Below are positions 9,234 through 18,839 of a stretch of 64,000 nucleotides of DNA, piece by piece. Under the pieces are notes generated by a model. That model ran no database searches and was not told the DNA's origin. It saw only the letters and a list, made by a program, of their open reading frames with translations. Numbering within the stretch: the first letter of the stretch is position 1; each line of letters begins with the position of its first letter. The position numbers were made by a program, and so were the translations under genes. The DNA is from an uncultured Methylomirabilota bacterium. GTDB taxonomy: Bacteria; Methylomirabilota; Methylomirabilia; Methylomirabilales; 2-02-FULL-66-22. Where the stretch lies: positions 32,001-96,000 of the forward strand of contig CAWJSJ010000003.1 of assembly GCA_963845565.1 (NCBI GenBank), read 5' to 3'.

Positions 9234-9356
9234 CACGAGAAAGAGATCCGGGGCAGGGCGTGATCCGGGCGGCTCACAACACGACACCCCATGGTCCATC
9301 GCCACCAGCGGCGACCGCCAGTCGCGCGTAGGACAACGCCCATGGGGTGAGATCCG

Positions 9357-9635
9357 TTATCGGCGACGCGTGTCCGGCGTCTTGCGGTCCTTGGCCTCAT
9401 CCTCGGTGCGGACCCGCTGGTAGCCTTCGCAGTCGCCGTATTTCAGAATACAGACGTCTTCCACCGTCTTCCCCGCCATGACCTTGACCTTCTCATGGCA
9501 GCCGGCGGTGCAGTACCCGCCGGACGGATACATCGACGCGAAATCCCCGGCCATCTGATGCCAGTATGGACACATGTCCACCGCGTCCTCGGGGGACCCG
9601 GTCGGCTTCGCCTGGTTCTCCTTGTCAGTCGTCAC
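9357..9635 (-). CDS. Small Cys-rich hypothetical protein
   Basis: CPYW...GYCTAGC...C...C pattern; AGGAG RBS before GTG. Confidence 0.6.
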   Translation of the reverse strand: MTTDKENQAKPTGSPEDAVDMCPYWHQMAGDFASMYPSGGYCTAGCHEKVKVMAGKTVEDVCILKYGDCEGYQRVRTEDEAKDRKTPDTRRR

Positions 9636-9753
9636 GGCGGCTCCTTTTCACGCCAAGACACGGCGTTGGGATGAAGTATACGCCGCTTCGCCTGGACGGT
9701 CAAATGCCGGCCGCCGGGCGGGTGGCGCTGAACGTCGCGGCGGACGATCCGAA

Positions 9754-10201
9754 CTATCCGTCCTCGATGTCGAGCACGAGAACCGGACGCGGCACGCCGC
9801 CGCCCCACCGTGGACGCGGCCGGGTGCGGAACGCGGTGAGGTGCGAGGCGCACCGGCAGTCCGAGGATCCGAAGCCCGGCCAGGGGATGGCCGCCCCGGT
9901 GCGTGCCTGGAGCCAGGCATTCGTCCGACACTCCGCCCCGGCAGCCCACCGCCAGATCCACACCTGCCGGATGCGGGCCGCAGCACGCAGGGAATCCACA
10001 TGCCAGTGGGGCGCCTTTTTCCGTCGCAGGTGTCGGGCCAGTCGCGCACCCAGAGTCCGCTTACCCGAACCTGCGTACACGTACCAGCCGGCCGCCAGAC
10101 GACGGGTGCCGAGCGCCCCGCACACGATCAGCTGGGGTCGTGCGAGGTGCAGGACCAGGCAGTAGACCCCGCCATCCCCTCCGGGACGCTGCGGACCGCA
10201 C
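9754..10201 (-). CDS. GIY-YIG nuclease family (DUF123); start uncertain, possible indel
   Basis: GVYCLVL...GWYVYAGSG...LARHLR...HWHVDSL...EC...GFGSSDCRCASHL. Confidence 0.8.
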
Positions 10202-11188
10202 CTAGATGTGGAACTCGAAGATGTCGCCGTCTTGGACAATGTAGTCGCGCTGGACCCGCTGGCCATCGAATTTGCCGGATCCCCAGATCCGGGCGAACTT
10301 CAGCTGGTGGGCGAAGTCCTTGTGGATGCTCTCCGCCATCTCGACCACGGTGCTCCCGCACGGGAGCACCACGGGCGACTTCATGGAGGGGTCCTCGCCC
10401 GGGGGTTTGCAGTACACCCGCACGATCCGGAGGCCGTCGTAGATTCCGCGGCGCAGGGCCTCCAGCCCTTGGCCCGTGTCTGCCGACACGGCGCACACCG
10501 GGAATCGAGTCGCGTATTCCGACCGCAGAATCTCCAGCGCGTCCTCGGCGTCCGGTGCATCCAGCTTGTTCGCCGCCAGGACCGCCGGTTTTCGGGCCCA
10601 CCCGATGGCCGGGGCCTCGCTGTCCCCCGGCGCGACCAGCGTCACCTTGCTCCGCTCCAGGATCGTCAGCGTCTGCGCCAGATCCTCGAGCAGCGAACCG
10701 CTCGCCAGATCGGCCACGATCAGACACAGATCCGCCGGGCGGACCAAGGACGGCACCCAGGGTTCCATGTACGTGTCCGAGACGGCCGGCAGGTCGACAA
10801 GCTGGATCTGGATGTTGACGAAGGGCATCATCCCGGCGATCGGCTTCCGGGTGGTGAAGGGATACTCGCCGACCTCGGTCGGGGATTTGGTGAGGACCGC
10901 CACCAGGGCGGATTTTCCGGCGTTCGGCGGGCCGACCAGCACCACCTGCCCCGCCCCCTCGCGGTCCACCGCGACCGAGAAGCCACCCCGGCGCTTCCGG
11001 GCGACCTCGGCATCCGCCTTCAGCTTGGCGTAACGGCGCTTCAGATCCCCCCGCAGATGCTCCGTCCCTTTGTGCTTCGGGATGACGGCCAGCATCTCGT
11101 CCAGCGCCGCCAGCTTTTCCTCTGGGGTTTTCGCCTCCCGGAAACGCCGGTCGGCTTCCAGGTACTGCGGGGTCAGATTCGCCGGCAT
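10202..11188 (-). CDS. OBG/DRG-like GTPase with C-terminal TGS domain
   Basis: MPANLTPQY, IPKHKGTE, GPPNAGKS, YPFTT, NKLD, SIHKDF...ARIWG...DGDIFEFHI. Confidence 0.9.
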   Translation of the reverse strand: MPANLTPQYLEADRRFREAKTPEEKLAALDEMLAVIPKHKGTEHLRGDLKRRYAKLKADAEVARKRRGGFSVAVDREGAGQVVLVGPPNAGKSALVAVLTKSPTEVGEYPFTTRKPIAGMMPFVNIQIQLVDLPAVSDTYMEPWVPSLVRPADLCLIVADLASGSLLEDLAQTLTILERSKVTLVAPGDSEAPAIGWARKPAVLAANKLDAPDAEDALEILRSEYATRFPVCAVSADTGQGLEALRRGIYDGLRIVRVYCKPPGEDPSMKSPVVLPCGSTVVEMAESIHKDFAHQLKFARIWGSGKFDGQRVQRDYIVQDGDIFEFHI

Positions 11189-11208
11189 GCCACGCTCCGC
11201 CGCGTTCC

Positions 11209-11268
11209 AACGGCTCCTTATGCCGTTCCCGGAATGTCTCCGGTCAATGTGCTCTTTGACAACGGCTT
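11209..11268 (-). repeat. Partial copy of the ~105-bp repeat (first hairpin plus start of second)
   Basis: Minus strand aagccgttgtcaaagagcacattgaccggagacattccgggaacggcataaggagccgtt. Confidence 0.82.
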
Positions 11269-11323
11269 TCCGGCCGCCTGGGCTGCCACCCCGGCGGTGC
11301 GATCCGCACACGAGTCCCGTCGG

Positions 11324-12265
11324 TCAGGGGGTGTGCCTCTCCCTGGCAGCCACCGCGCGCCGGTGGTGCGGGAGGAGACACGCGTAGATGACGGCGTTGA
11401 GCGGCGTCGGGACACCGACCTCCGCCCCGTACCGGATCACCGCGCCCATGAGCGGTTCGATCTCCAGCCGGTTCCCCCGGTCCAGGTCGTGGGCCAGCGA
11501 GGAGCGCATCTCGGGCTGCAGCTTCCCGGCAAAGGCGAGGGCGCGATCCACCGCGTCGGCGGGCAAGGCGACGCCCTTGGCCCGGCCGACCGCGGCGATC
11601 TCCTCCATCACGGCGCGGTAGAACCGGGCGGTCTCGGGGCAGCCCAGGATCTCCCCGATCCCCAGCCGCCCAAGTGCCGTCACCCCTCCGTGGGCGCAGA
11701 TGAACAGGTACTTCTCCCACAGGTCCACCAGGATCTTGGCGGACGCCTCGGCGCCGACCCCGGCGCGCACAAACGCCTCGACGATGCGGGTCACGCGGGG
11801 CGAGACGCGGCCGTCCGTCTCGCCGCACTTGAGCGACCGCGGCCCCGCGGTCTGCGAGATGACGCCGGGCGCACTGATGGTGGACAGGACGTGCACGACG
11901 CCGGCCAGGATGTGGGATTTCCCCAAGATGCGTTCCAGCTTCTCTTCGTTGTCCACGCCGTTCTGCACGCAGAGTACCGTCGTCTCCGGTCCCACCACGG
12001 GCCGCACGCGCTCCGCGGCGATCTCGGTGTCGTACCCCTTCACCGCGAAGAGCACCAGGTCCACGACGCCGATCGTGCCCGGATCGTCGGTGGCCTTGGG
12101 CCGAACGTGAAAGTCCCCCGCCACGCTCTTCACGTGCAGACCGTCCCGCTGAATCGCAGCCAGATGCGCGCCCCGGGCGATGAACGTGACGTCCTCGCCC
12201 GCCGCCGCCAACCGCCCGCCGTAATACCCGCCAACCCCCCCGCTCCCCATCACGGCAACTCGCAT
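11324..12265 (-). CDS. panE: 2-dehydropantoate 2-reductase family
   Basis: VMGSGGVGG, VLFAVKGYD, QNGV, WEKY, RSSLAHDL...LEIE. Confidence 0.88.
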   Translation of the reverse strand: MRVAVMGSGGVGGYYGGRLAAAGEDVTFIARGAHLAAIQRDGLHVKSVAGDFHVRPKATDDPGTIGVVDLVLFAVKGYDTEIAAERVRPVVGPETTVLCVQNGVDNEEKLERILGKSHILAGVVHVLSTISAPGVISQTAGPRSLKCGETDGRVSPRVTRIVEAFVRAGVGAEASAKILVDLWEKYLFICAHGGVTALGRLGIGEILGCPETARFYRAVMEEIAAVGRAKGVALPADAVDRALAFAGKLQPEMRSSLAHDLDRGNRLEIEPLMGAVIRYGAEVGVPTPLNAVIYACLLPHHRRAVAARERHTP

Positions 12266-12289
12266 GCGAGACTCCTCTCTGGCCTAATC

Positions 12290-12498
12290 CGTCTATTGAG
12301 TTGTTGAGTCCGTTGCGTTATTGAGTTTCTGCGGTCGGACCAGCGGCGGCATCTGTCGCCTCCCTGGTTTCCGACTCAATAACTCAATAACTGGGCAGGC
12401 TCAATAGACGCGGTTGCGCTCTGCCATGCTGCCCGCTGCCAGCTACTCCACTCTCCTGACTCACCAGACGCAATAACTGGGTGGACTCACTCGACTCC
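12290..12498. repeat. Palindromic octanucleotide microrepeat cluster
   Basis: cgtctattgag ttgttgag...ttattgag versus actcaata actcaata...ctcaatagacg (inverted arms). Confidence 0.75.
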
Positions 12499-12511
12499 CG
12501 TTCTCCGCGGC

Positions 12512-13534
12512 TCACTCCCCCTCAAATCGCAGGTCCCGCGCCATCAGCCGCTCCACGGCATCGCGAGGGTCCTGCCCCTCGAAAAGCACGCGGTGCACGG
12601 CCAGGCAGATCGGCATCTCGACGCGATGCTGCTCCGCCAGATGCACCACGGAGCGGCAGGCGTTGACACCTTCGGCCACGGTCCGGGACGCCGCCAGCAA
12701 TGCTTCGGGTCGCGCCCCTTCCGCCAGTTGCCGGCCGAAGCTCCGGTTGCGGGAGAGGTCGCCCGTGCAGGTGAGGATCAGGTCGCCCATCCCGGCCAAG
12801 CCGGAAAAGGTCCCTGCCTGGGCACCCATCGCCACACCCAGCCGGGTCATCTCCGCCAGCCCCCGGGTCACCAGCGCTGCCCGGGCATTCGTACCCAGTG
12901 CCAACCCATCCACGATCCCGGCGGCGATCGCGATCACGTTCTTGACCGCGCCCCCCAGCTCCACCCCGCGCCGATCCGTCCCCGCATACACCCGGAGCGG
13001 GCCGCCGCTCACGGCGCGCTGCACCGTCTCTGCGACGGCCGGGTCGTCCGCCGCCGCCACCACCGCGGTCGGGCGCCGCGCCGCGACTTCCCGGGCGAAG
13101 CTCGGCCCAGAGAGCACGGCCAGGTTGCAATGATACGCAGGGGCGAGAACCTGTTGCATGATCTGGGACATGGTGCAGAGGCTCTCCACCTCGAGCCCCT
13201 TCGTGGCGCTGACCAGCACGACGCCTGGCCGCAGGAAGGGTTGCGCCCGCTCCACGATTCCCCGGAACACATGCGACGGAACCACGAAGACGACCAGGGG
13301 CTTCCCGCTGAGCGCCTCCTCGAGAGACGACGTCGGCCGGACCGCCTCCGGCAGCCGGACACCGGGCAGATACGGGCGATTCTCCCGAACCTCGGCCATC
13401 GCCGCAGCCAGGTCGGTCTCGTACACCCAGAGCGCAACCTCGCGATACCGGTCGGCGAGGACCGAGGCCAGGCTGGTCCCCCACGCTCCCGCCCCGATGA
13501 TTGCGACTGACTGCGGGACCTGCGTCGGCGACAT
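12512..13534 (-). CDS. gpsA: NAD(P)H-dependent glycerol-3-phosphate dehydrogenase
   Basis: GAGAWGT, TKGLE, LSGPSFA, GGAVKNVIAIA, GMGDLILTCTGDLSRN. Confidence 0.95.
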   Translation of the reverse strand: MSPTQVPQSVAIIGAGAWGTSLASVLADRYREVALWVYETDLAAAMAEVRENRPYLPGVRLPEAVRPTSSLEEALSGKPLVVFVVPSHVFRGIVERAQPFLRPGVVLVSATKGLEVESLCTMSQIMQQVLAPAYHCNLAVLSGPSFAREVAARRPTAVVAAADDPAVAETVQRAVSGGPLRVYAGTDRRGVELGGAVKNVIAIAAGIVDGLALGTNARAALVTRGLAEMTRLGVAMGAQAGTFSGLAGMGDLILTCTGDLSRNRSFGRQLAEGARPEALLAASRTVAEGVNACRSVVHLAEQHRVEMPICLAVHRVLFEGQDPRDAVERLMARDLRFEGE

Positions 13535-13950
13535 CAATTCTGGGATGCTCCTCGGTCCCCCGGCGTTCGGTCGATTTCGTACTCTTCCAGGTTGATCCCC
13601 ACGCCAAAGAAGTCGGGGTTGTCCGTGGCCAAGCCATACCGTTCGAGCACGGTCATAATCAAGGCCTTGCCCAGCGCGCCGACATCCTTGCTGCGCAAAA
13701 GCGTTTCGAGCGGTTTGACCGGAAACGGCGCCGCCCAACCCTTTAAGGCGACGGTCGTGACCGCCAGCAAGGCCGGGTCCTCCGCGGGATCCGTGAACTG
13801 CGCCAGCAAGATGGGCAGCGCGCGCTCCGGGTCCGCCAGGAGGCGCTTCGCCGCGGCCTCGACCTCCGCGTCGGTCAGGTCGAGACCGCGCAGGGTGGCC
13901 AGCCACTCCCACATCTCCCCGGTCGGGCCCTCCTCGTGGTCATCGTGCAT
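13534..13950 (-). CDS. Hypothetical protein (helical)
   Basis: 138-aa ORF with GAGG RBS, stop overlapping gpsA start. Confidence 0.6.
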   Translation of the reverse strand: MHDDHEEGPTGEMWEWLATLRGLDLTDAEVEAAAKRLLADPERALPILLAQFTDPAEDPALLAVTTVALKGWAAPFPVKPLETLLRSKDVGALGKALIMTVLERYGLATDNPDFFGVGINLEEYEIDRTPGDRGASQN

Positions 13951-13972
13951 GCATCACCTCGTTAAACAGATC

Positions 13973-14060
13973 AAGTCGACGCGTCAACGCGTCGACGAGT
14001 CAATTGGGAAGCTCTTAGCCGGGTCCCCAACTCCACCAATCGACCAATTGACTCCTTGAC
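13973..14060. repeat. Octamer palindromic repeat, left of selenoprotein gene
   Basis: aagtcgac gcgtcaac gcgtcgac gagtcaat tgg...cgaccaattgactccttgac. Confidence 0.75.
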
Positions 14061-14068
14061 CACCGTTG

Positions 14069-14085
14069 GTCCGCCGCCGGCGGAC
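14069..14085 (-). promoter_or_regulatory. Putative bacterial SECIS for Sec73
   Basis: mRNA GUCCGCC-GGC-GGCGGAC hairpin starting 13 nt after the UGA at 14099-14101. Confidence 0.6.
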
Positions 14086-14089
14086 ACAC

Positions 14090-14317
14090 TCAGACGGATC
14101 ACCCGGCTCCGTTGTACCCGATCGTGACCGCGCTCCCGTCCACGATCACCGGGACCGTCCGGTCCCCCTTGGAGTGCTGCAGCATCTGCTTCATGCCTGC
14201 CGGGTCCTTGGTCACGTTCACGTACTTGACGGTCACCTTGCGCTTGCCGTACTCCTCACGGGCGGCTGTAGTATGGGGTCAGGTGTCCTTCCCGAAGATC
14301 CACACGATGTCTGCCAT
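14090..14317 (-). CDS. Uxx-star family glutaredoxin-like selenoprotein (75 aa, Sec13 and Sec73)
   Basis: MADIVWIFGKDT-U-PHTTAAREEYGKRKVTVKYVNVTKDPAGMKQMLQHSKGDRTVPVIVDGSAVTIGYNGAG-U-SV*; GGAGG RBS; Grx TVPVI motif. Confidence 0.88.
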
Positions 14318-14335
14318 CTCTTAACCTCCGCGATG

Positions 14336-14434
14336 AAGTCGACTCGTCAATTCGTCGATGCGTCAATTGGAAAAGATCCAACCGTGGTTCCAACTCACTT
14401 GTCCGACCAGTTGACCAGTTGCCCAGTTGACTCC
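14336..14434. repeat. Octamer palindromic repeat, right of selenoprotein gene
   Basis: aagtcgac tcgtcaat tcgtcgat gcgtcaat tgg...cgaccagttgaccagttgcccagttgac. Confidence 0.75.
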
Positions 14435-14440
14435 GCCGCC

Positions 14441-14869
14441 TCACACATCCACCACGATCAGGGCCTCCCAGCCGTCCCCCGCGGGGCGGACCTGGAGCTG
14501 GTGATAGGTGGCCGCCTTGACATGGCCGGCGATCGTGTGTCGTGTGCGATCGACCGCCTCACCCCAGATCTCGGCAGAAAGGTGCGTGTCGCCCATCGCG
14601 CGGAACGCGCAGTCCGCGCCGATGAGCCGCTGCGTCTCGTACAGGTAGAGCAACTCGTTCAGCCAGGCGACCAAGAGCGCCTCCCGGTCTCCCGCCTCCA
14701 GCGACACGGCGACCGTCTGTCGCGGTTCCACGGACGCAGGCTCCACCAGGAGACTCCAAAGGGCGCGGGCGGCGTGCCGAAAGACCGCCGGCACATCCGG
14801 GCCCCACGACCGGATCCCCATGTCTGCCGGAACCGCGAAGAACTCGAACCCACCTTCGCGCTGGTCCAT
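14441..14869 (-). CDS. Archease family protein
   Basis: FEFF..ADMGIRSWG...LLVAWLNELLY...VKAATYHQL...IVVDV. Confidence 0.88.
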   Translation of the reverse strand: MDQREGGFEFFAVPADMGIRSWGPDVPAVFRHAARALWSLLVEPASVEPRQTVAVSLEAGDREALLVAWLNELLYLYETQRLIGADCAFRAMGDTHLSAEIWGEAVDRTRHTIAGHVKAATYHQLQVRPAGDGWEALIVVDV

Positions 14870-14935
14870 CAGACCGGCACTATAGCATGTCCTGGGATCG
14901 CTCGAAAGCCCCCGCAACAACGATGGGGCGGCGCG

Positions 14936-16168
14936 TCACTCGTAGCGCAGCGCCTCGATGGGGTCAAGGTAGGCGGCTTTCCTGGCAGGAAAATAGCCGA
15001 AGAAGATGCCGATGAATGCCGACGAGCCGAAGGCCACGGCGATGGAAGTGGGCGTGATGAGGGTGGACCATTTGGCCAACATGGCGATGAGGGCGGACCC
15101 GCCGACCCCCAGGAGGATCCCCAGGATGCCCCCCACCAGGGCGAGGGTGACCGCCTCCACCAGAAACTGCCCGAGGATGTCGCGGCTCCGTGCTCCGACC
15201 GCCATGCGCAGGCCGATCTCCCGGGTCCGTTCCGTCACCGACACCAGCATGATGTTCATGATGCCGATGCCCCCGACGAGCAAGGAGACCGAGGCGATCG
15301 CCCCCAGGAGCAGCGTCATGGTGCGGCTGCTCTCCGCCTGGACCGCGAACGTCTCGGCCAGGTTGCGGACGTCGAAATCATTGTCCTGGAACGGCTGCAG
15401 CCGGTGCCGCTGTCGAAGGAGGTCGGTCGCCTGCTGCTGGACGTCCTGCAGGAGGTCGGGCGACGCCACCTTGATCTGGATCACCCCCACGAACCGGGCG
15501 TTGGCCTGGCTCACGCCCAGGACGCGCTTCTTGGCGGTGCTGAGCGGGATGACCACCGTGTCGTCCTGGTCCTGCCCCCAGGTGGACTGCCCCTTCCGCG
15601 TCAGGATGCCGATGACGGTGAAGGGCACCTTCTTGATCCGGATGATCTGGCCAATGGCGTCGCCATCGCCGAAGAGACTCTCCTTCACCGTCTGCCCCAG
15701 GACCGCCACCTTGGTCGCGCCATCGGCGTCTTCCTGGGTGAAGAACCGTCCCGAATCCAGCTCCCAATCGCGGATCTCGAGGTAATCCGGCATGGTCCCC
15801 TGGATCGCGGTGGACCAGTTCTGATTCCCGAAGACGATCTGGGCGACGCCGCGCATGGAGCCGCTGGCCGTCACCACGCCGGGCACCTCGGTGGCGATGG
15901 CCCGCGCGTCCTCCTCGGTCAGCGTCATCGTCGAGCCGTGGCCCATCCGCATCCCGCCGCTCGTCGCGCTGCCCGGCAGGACGATCAATAGGTTGGATCC
16001 GATGCTCGAGATCTGCTCCGAGATGCGCTGCGAGGCCCCGCTGCCGATGGCCACCATGGCGATGACCGCCCCGACGCCGATCACGATGCCGAGCATGGTG
16101 AGGGCGGAGCGGAGCTTGTTCACGCGCAGCGCCCGCAGCGCGATCCGGATGCTGGCCAGGACAAACAT
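14936..16168 (-). CDS. MacB-family ABC transporter permease
   Basis: NKLRSALTMLGIVIGV, VGGIGIMNIMLVSVTERTREIGLRMAVGA, LDPIEALRYE. Confidence 0.93.
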   Translation of the reverse strand: MFVLASIRIALRALRVNKLRSALTMLGIVIGVGAVIAMVAIGSGASQRISEQISSIGSNLLIVLPGSATSGGMRMGHGSTMTLTEEDARAIATEVPGVVTASGSMRGVAQIVFGNQNWSTAIQGTMPDYLEIRDWELDSGRFFTQEDADGATKVAVLGQTVKESLFGDGDAIGQIIRIKKVPFTVIGILTRKGQSTWGQDQDDTVVIPLSTAKKRVLGVSQANARFVGVIQIKVASPDLLQDVQQQATDLLRQRHRLQPFQDNDFDVRNLAETFAVQAESSRTMTLLLGAIASVSLLVGGIGIMNIMLVSVTERTREIGLRMAVGARSRDILGQFLVEAVTLALVGGILGILLGVGGSALIAMLAKWSTLITPTSIAVAFGSSAFIGIFFGYFPARKAAYLDPIEALRYE

Positions 16169-16216
16169 CGTCGAGACTCCTTCGCGGGGACCTCGAGCCC
16201 CCGCCCGGCACGCGCG

Positions 16217-16942
16217 TCAGACCAGGGCGGCCATTTCCGCCACCGCATCCCGCGGAGACGCCACCCGCTCGTCCTTCACGATCCGACCGTCGCGGAAGTG
16301 GATCACCCGCGACGCATAGGCGGCCACGTCCGGCTCGTGCGTCACCAGGATCACCGTGATCCCCTGCTCCCGGTTGAGCCGCTGGAAAATCGCCATGATC
16401 TCCACGCTGGTGCGGGAGTCCAGATTGCCCGTCGGCTCGTCCGCCAGCAGCACGGGCGGGTCGTTGATCAGGGCCCGGGCGATGGCCACCCGCTGCTGCT
16501 GTCCGCCGGACAGCTGGTTGGGGTGATGCAGTTCGCGGCCCTGGAGGCCGACCTGGTGCAGGCGCTGGCGCGCCCGCGCGTGCCGCTCGTGCCGCGAGCC
16601 GCCGTTATACAGGAGGGGCAGCTCGACATTCTCCAGCGCACTGGTGCGGGGCAGCAGGTTGAAGGTCTGGAACACGAACCCGAGCTGCTTGTTTCGGGTG
16701 TGCGCCAGTTGGTCCCGGTTCATGGCGCCGACGTCGTGGCCGTCCAATCGGTAACGCCCAATGCTGGGTTTGTCCAGGCACCCCAGGATGTGCATGAAGG
16801 TGGACTTCCCCGACCCGGACGGCCCCATGATGGCGACGAACTCTCCCGCCGCGATGGACACGTCCACGCCGCGCAGGGCCTCGACCGCGACCTCGCCCGT
16901 CTGGTACGTCTTCCCGAGCCCCTCAACTTCGATCAGCGCCAT
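16217..16942 (-). CDS. MacB/LolD-family ABC transporter ATP-binding protein
   Basis: [34 protein letters not shown]. Confidence 0.93.
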   Translation of the reverse strand: MALIEVEGLGKTYQTGEVAVEALRGVDVSIAAGEFVAIMGPSGSGKSTFMHILGCLDKPSIGRYRLDGHDVGAMNRDQLAHTRNKQLGFVFQTFNLLPRTSALENVELPLLYNGGSRHERHARARQRLHQVGLQGRELHHPNQLSGGQQQRVAIARALINDPPVLLADEPTGNLDSRTSVEIMAIFQRLNREQGITVILVTHEPDVAAYASRVIHFRDGRIVKDERVASPRDAVAEMAALV

Positions 16943-17026
16943 ACAGATTTCCAAATATGGATTGCAGACTGCGGTTCATGGAAAAACGCCGCCACGAGAT
17001 CGGCAGGCTGAAAAACCCGTTTTGTC

Positions 17027-17172
17027 CGGACCGCTCAAAAAGGTCCAGATGCAAGGCGGCGGGCGAAGGGCGGGGCACCCACCGAAGGTGGGTCAAGGCG
17101 TACTCCAGGTACGCCGCAGCGAGCCCCTGAGCACTCCAACGCCGCAGATGGGCCTTTTCAACGGCCCGCTAG
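17027..17172. mobile_element. Second MITE-like element (~140 bp) ending at CTAG
   Basis: Imperfect terminal IRs cggaccgctcaaaaaggtcca / tgggccttttcaacggcccg; internal hairpins acccacc-gaa-ggtgggt and ggcgtac-tccag-gtacgcc. Confidence 0.6.
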
Positions 17173-18579
17173 AGCCGGAGCCGCGGGTTCCCTGTCCCGC
17201 CGGTCCCGCCCCGCGTTGCGGAACCCAGCCCCACGATCACCGCGTCGCCTTCCGACAGCCCTTCCAGGATCTCGGTCTTCTGGCCGTCGCTCAATCCGGT
17301 CTGAACCTGCCGCTCCACCGGCTTGCCGTCCTGGAGGATCCACACCCGCTGCCGGCTGTTCGGCATGACCTGGCGGCCGCCGCCGTCGGCGCCGCGACCC
17401 CCGGCCATCATGGGCGGCATCATGGGCGCCATCATGCCGGGCTGACTCGTCCTGGCGGCCGGCCGCTGCCCGGTGGCGCCACCGGAGGCGGTCCCATCCA
17501 CCCGCACGCGGAAGGCGGCGTTCGCGATCAGGACCGCGTTCTCGCGGCGCGCAACCAGGATCTTCACGTTGGCCGTCATGCCCGGCTTCAGCTTCAATTC
17601 AGGGTTCGCCACCGCCACCACGGTGTTGTAGGTCACGACGTTCTGGACGACCTGCGGCGCCTGGCGGATCTGGACGACCCGGCCCCGGAAGGTCAAGCTG
17701 GGATACGAATCGACCGTGAAGCGTGGCCTCCTGATCCAGGCTCACCCGGCTGATGTCCGCCTCGTCCACGTTGGTATCCACCTGCATCTTGGTCAGGTCC
17801 TGGGCGATCAGAAACAGCGTGGGCGCCTGGAGCGAGGCTGCCACCGTCTGCCCGACGTCCACGTTCCGGGAGACCACGATCCCGTCCACGGGCGCCCGGA
17901 TGTAGGTGTTGCGCAGGTCCACCTGCGCCTGCTCAACCGCAGCCTGCTTCTGCCGGACCTGCGCCTCGGCGGACGTCACCTGGGCCTGCGTTACCTCGAG
18001 CGCGGCTTGGGCCGCCCCTACGCCGGCGTGGGCGGCGTCCAGCTGGGCCACCGCGGAATCGTAGGCCGCTTGCGAGGAGTCGCGCTCCTCCTGCGAGATC
18101 CCGCCTTCCCGGAACAGGCGTGTCCGGGAGTCCAGTTTGATCTTGGCATCCCGGAGGGCGACCTCTTGGCGCACCACGTTCGCGCGCGCGTTGGCGAGAT
18201 CGGCTTGCGCCCGCGCCATGGTCGCCCGCTGGTTCAGGACCGACGCCCGGCTGCTCTCGAGGTCGGCCTGGGCCTGGTTCGCCTTGGCGTCGAAGATCGA
18301 GGGGTCGATCCGGGCGATCAGCATGCCTTTCTTGACCGGGGAGTTGAAGTCCACCAAGAGCTGCTGGATCGTGCCGGACACCTGCGTCCCGACCTGGACC
18401 GTGACCACCGCGTTCAAGGTCCCGGTCGACGAAATGGTCGAGATCAACTCACCCCGTTCGACGGACGCGGTACGATAGGATGGTGTCCGTCCGTTGGCGC
18501 TATACCAGTAGAATCCGCCAGCCCCTAGCAGGATCAGCACCACCAGAATCGAAATGAGACCGACTTTCCGCCGCGTCAT
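17169..18579 (-). CDS. MacA-like efflux periplasmic adaptor; frameshift near 17722
   Basis: VQVGTQVSGTI, IRAPVDGIV, VDVGQTVAASLQAPTLF, VDEADI, then shifted TFTVDSYP...LKPGMTANV. Confidence 0.88.
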
Positions 18580-18598
18580 TCGCCATACCCTCTGTAGG

Positions 18599-18704
18599 TT
18601 AGGAGCCGTTACGAAATAACTTGTCCATTTCTTGGAATTTCGTTACGGCTCCTTATGCCGTTTCCGGAATTTCTCCGGTCAAGTTATTCTTTGGCAACGG
18701 CTTA
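18599..18704 (-). repeat. Dispersed ~105-bp repeat, diverged copy
   Basis: Same termini and arms, different spacer (ttccaagaaatggacaag); sits just upstream of the adaptor RBS. Confidence 0.88.
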
Positions 18705-18839
18705 CGCTACACCCCGCCCATGATGCGATCAGTGTAGTCATGCTGCGAGGGGCTGTCAAAGCCTATTCCGCCACCCGGATCGGCCGGAACGCTCTGCCAG
18801 CCCCACTCCCGGATCGCTGATCCGCCCGCTCGGTCGGCC

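Noticed and set aside
10208..15991. Long antisense ORFs (e.g. 10208-12307, 14066-15991, also 55460-57511)
   Set aside because: Shadow frames of real genes on the opposite strand, expected at high GC
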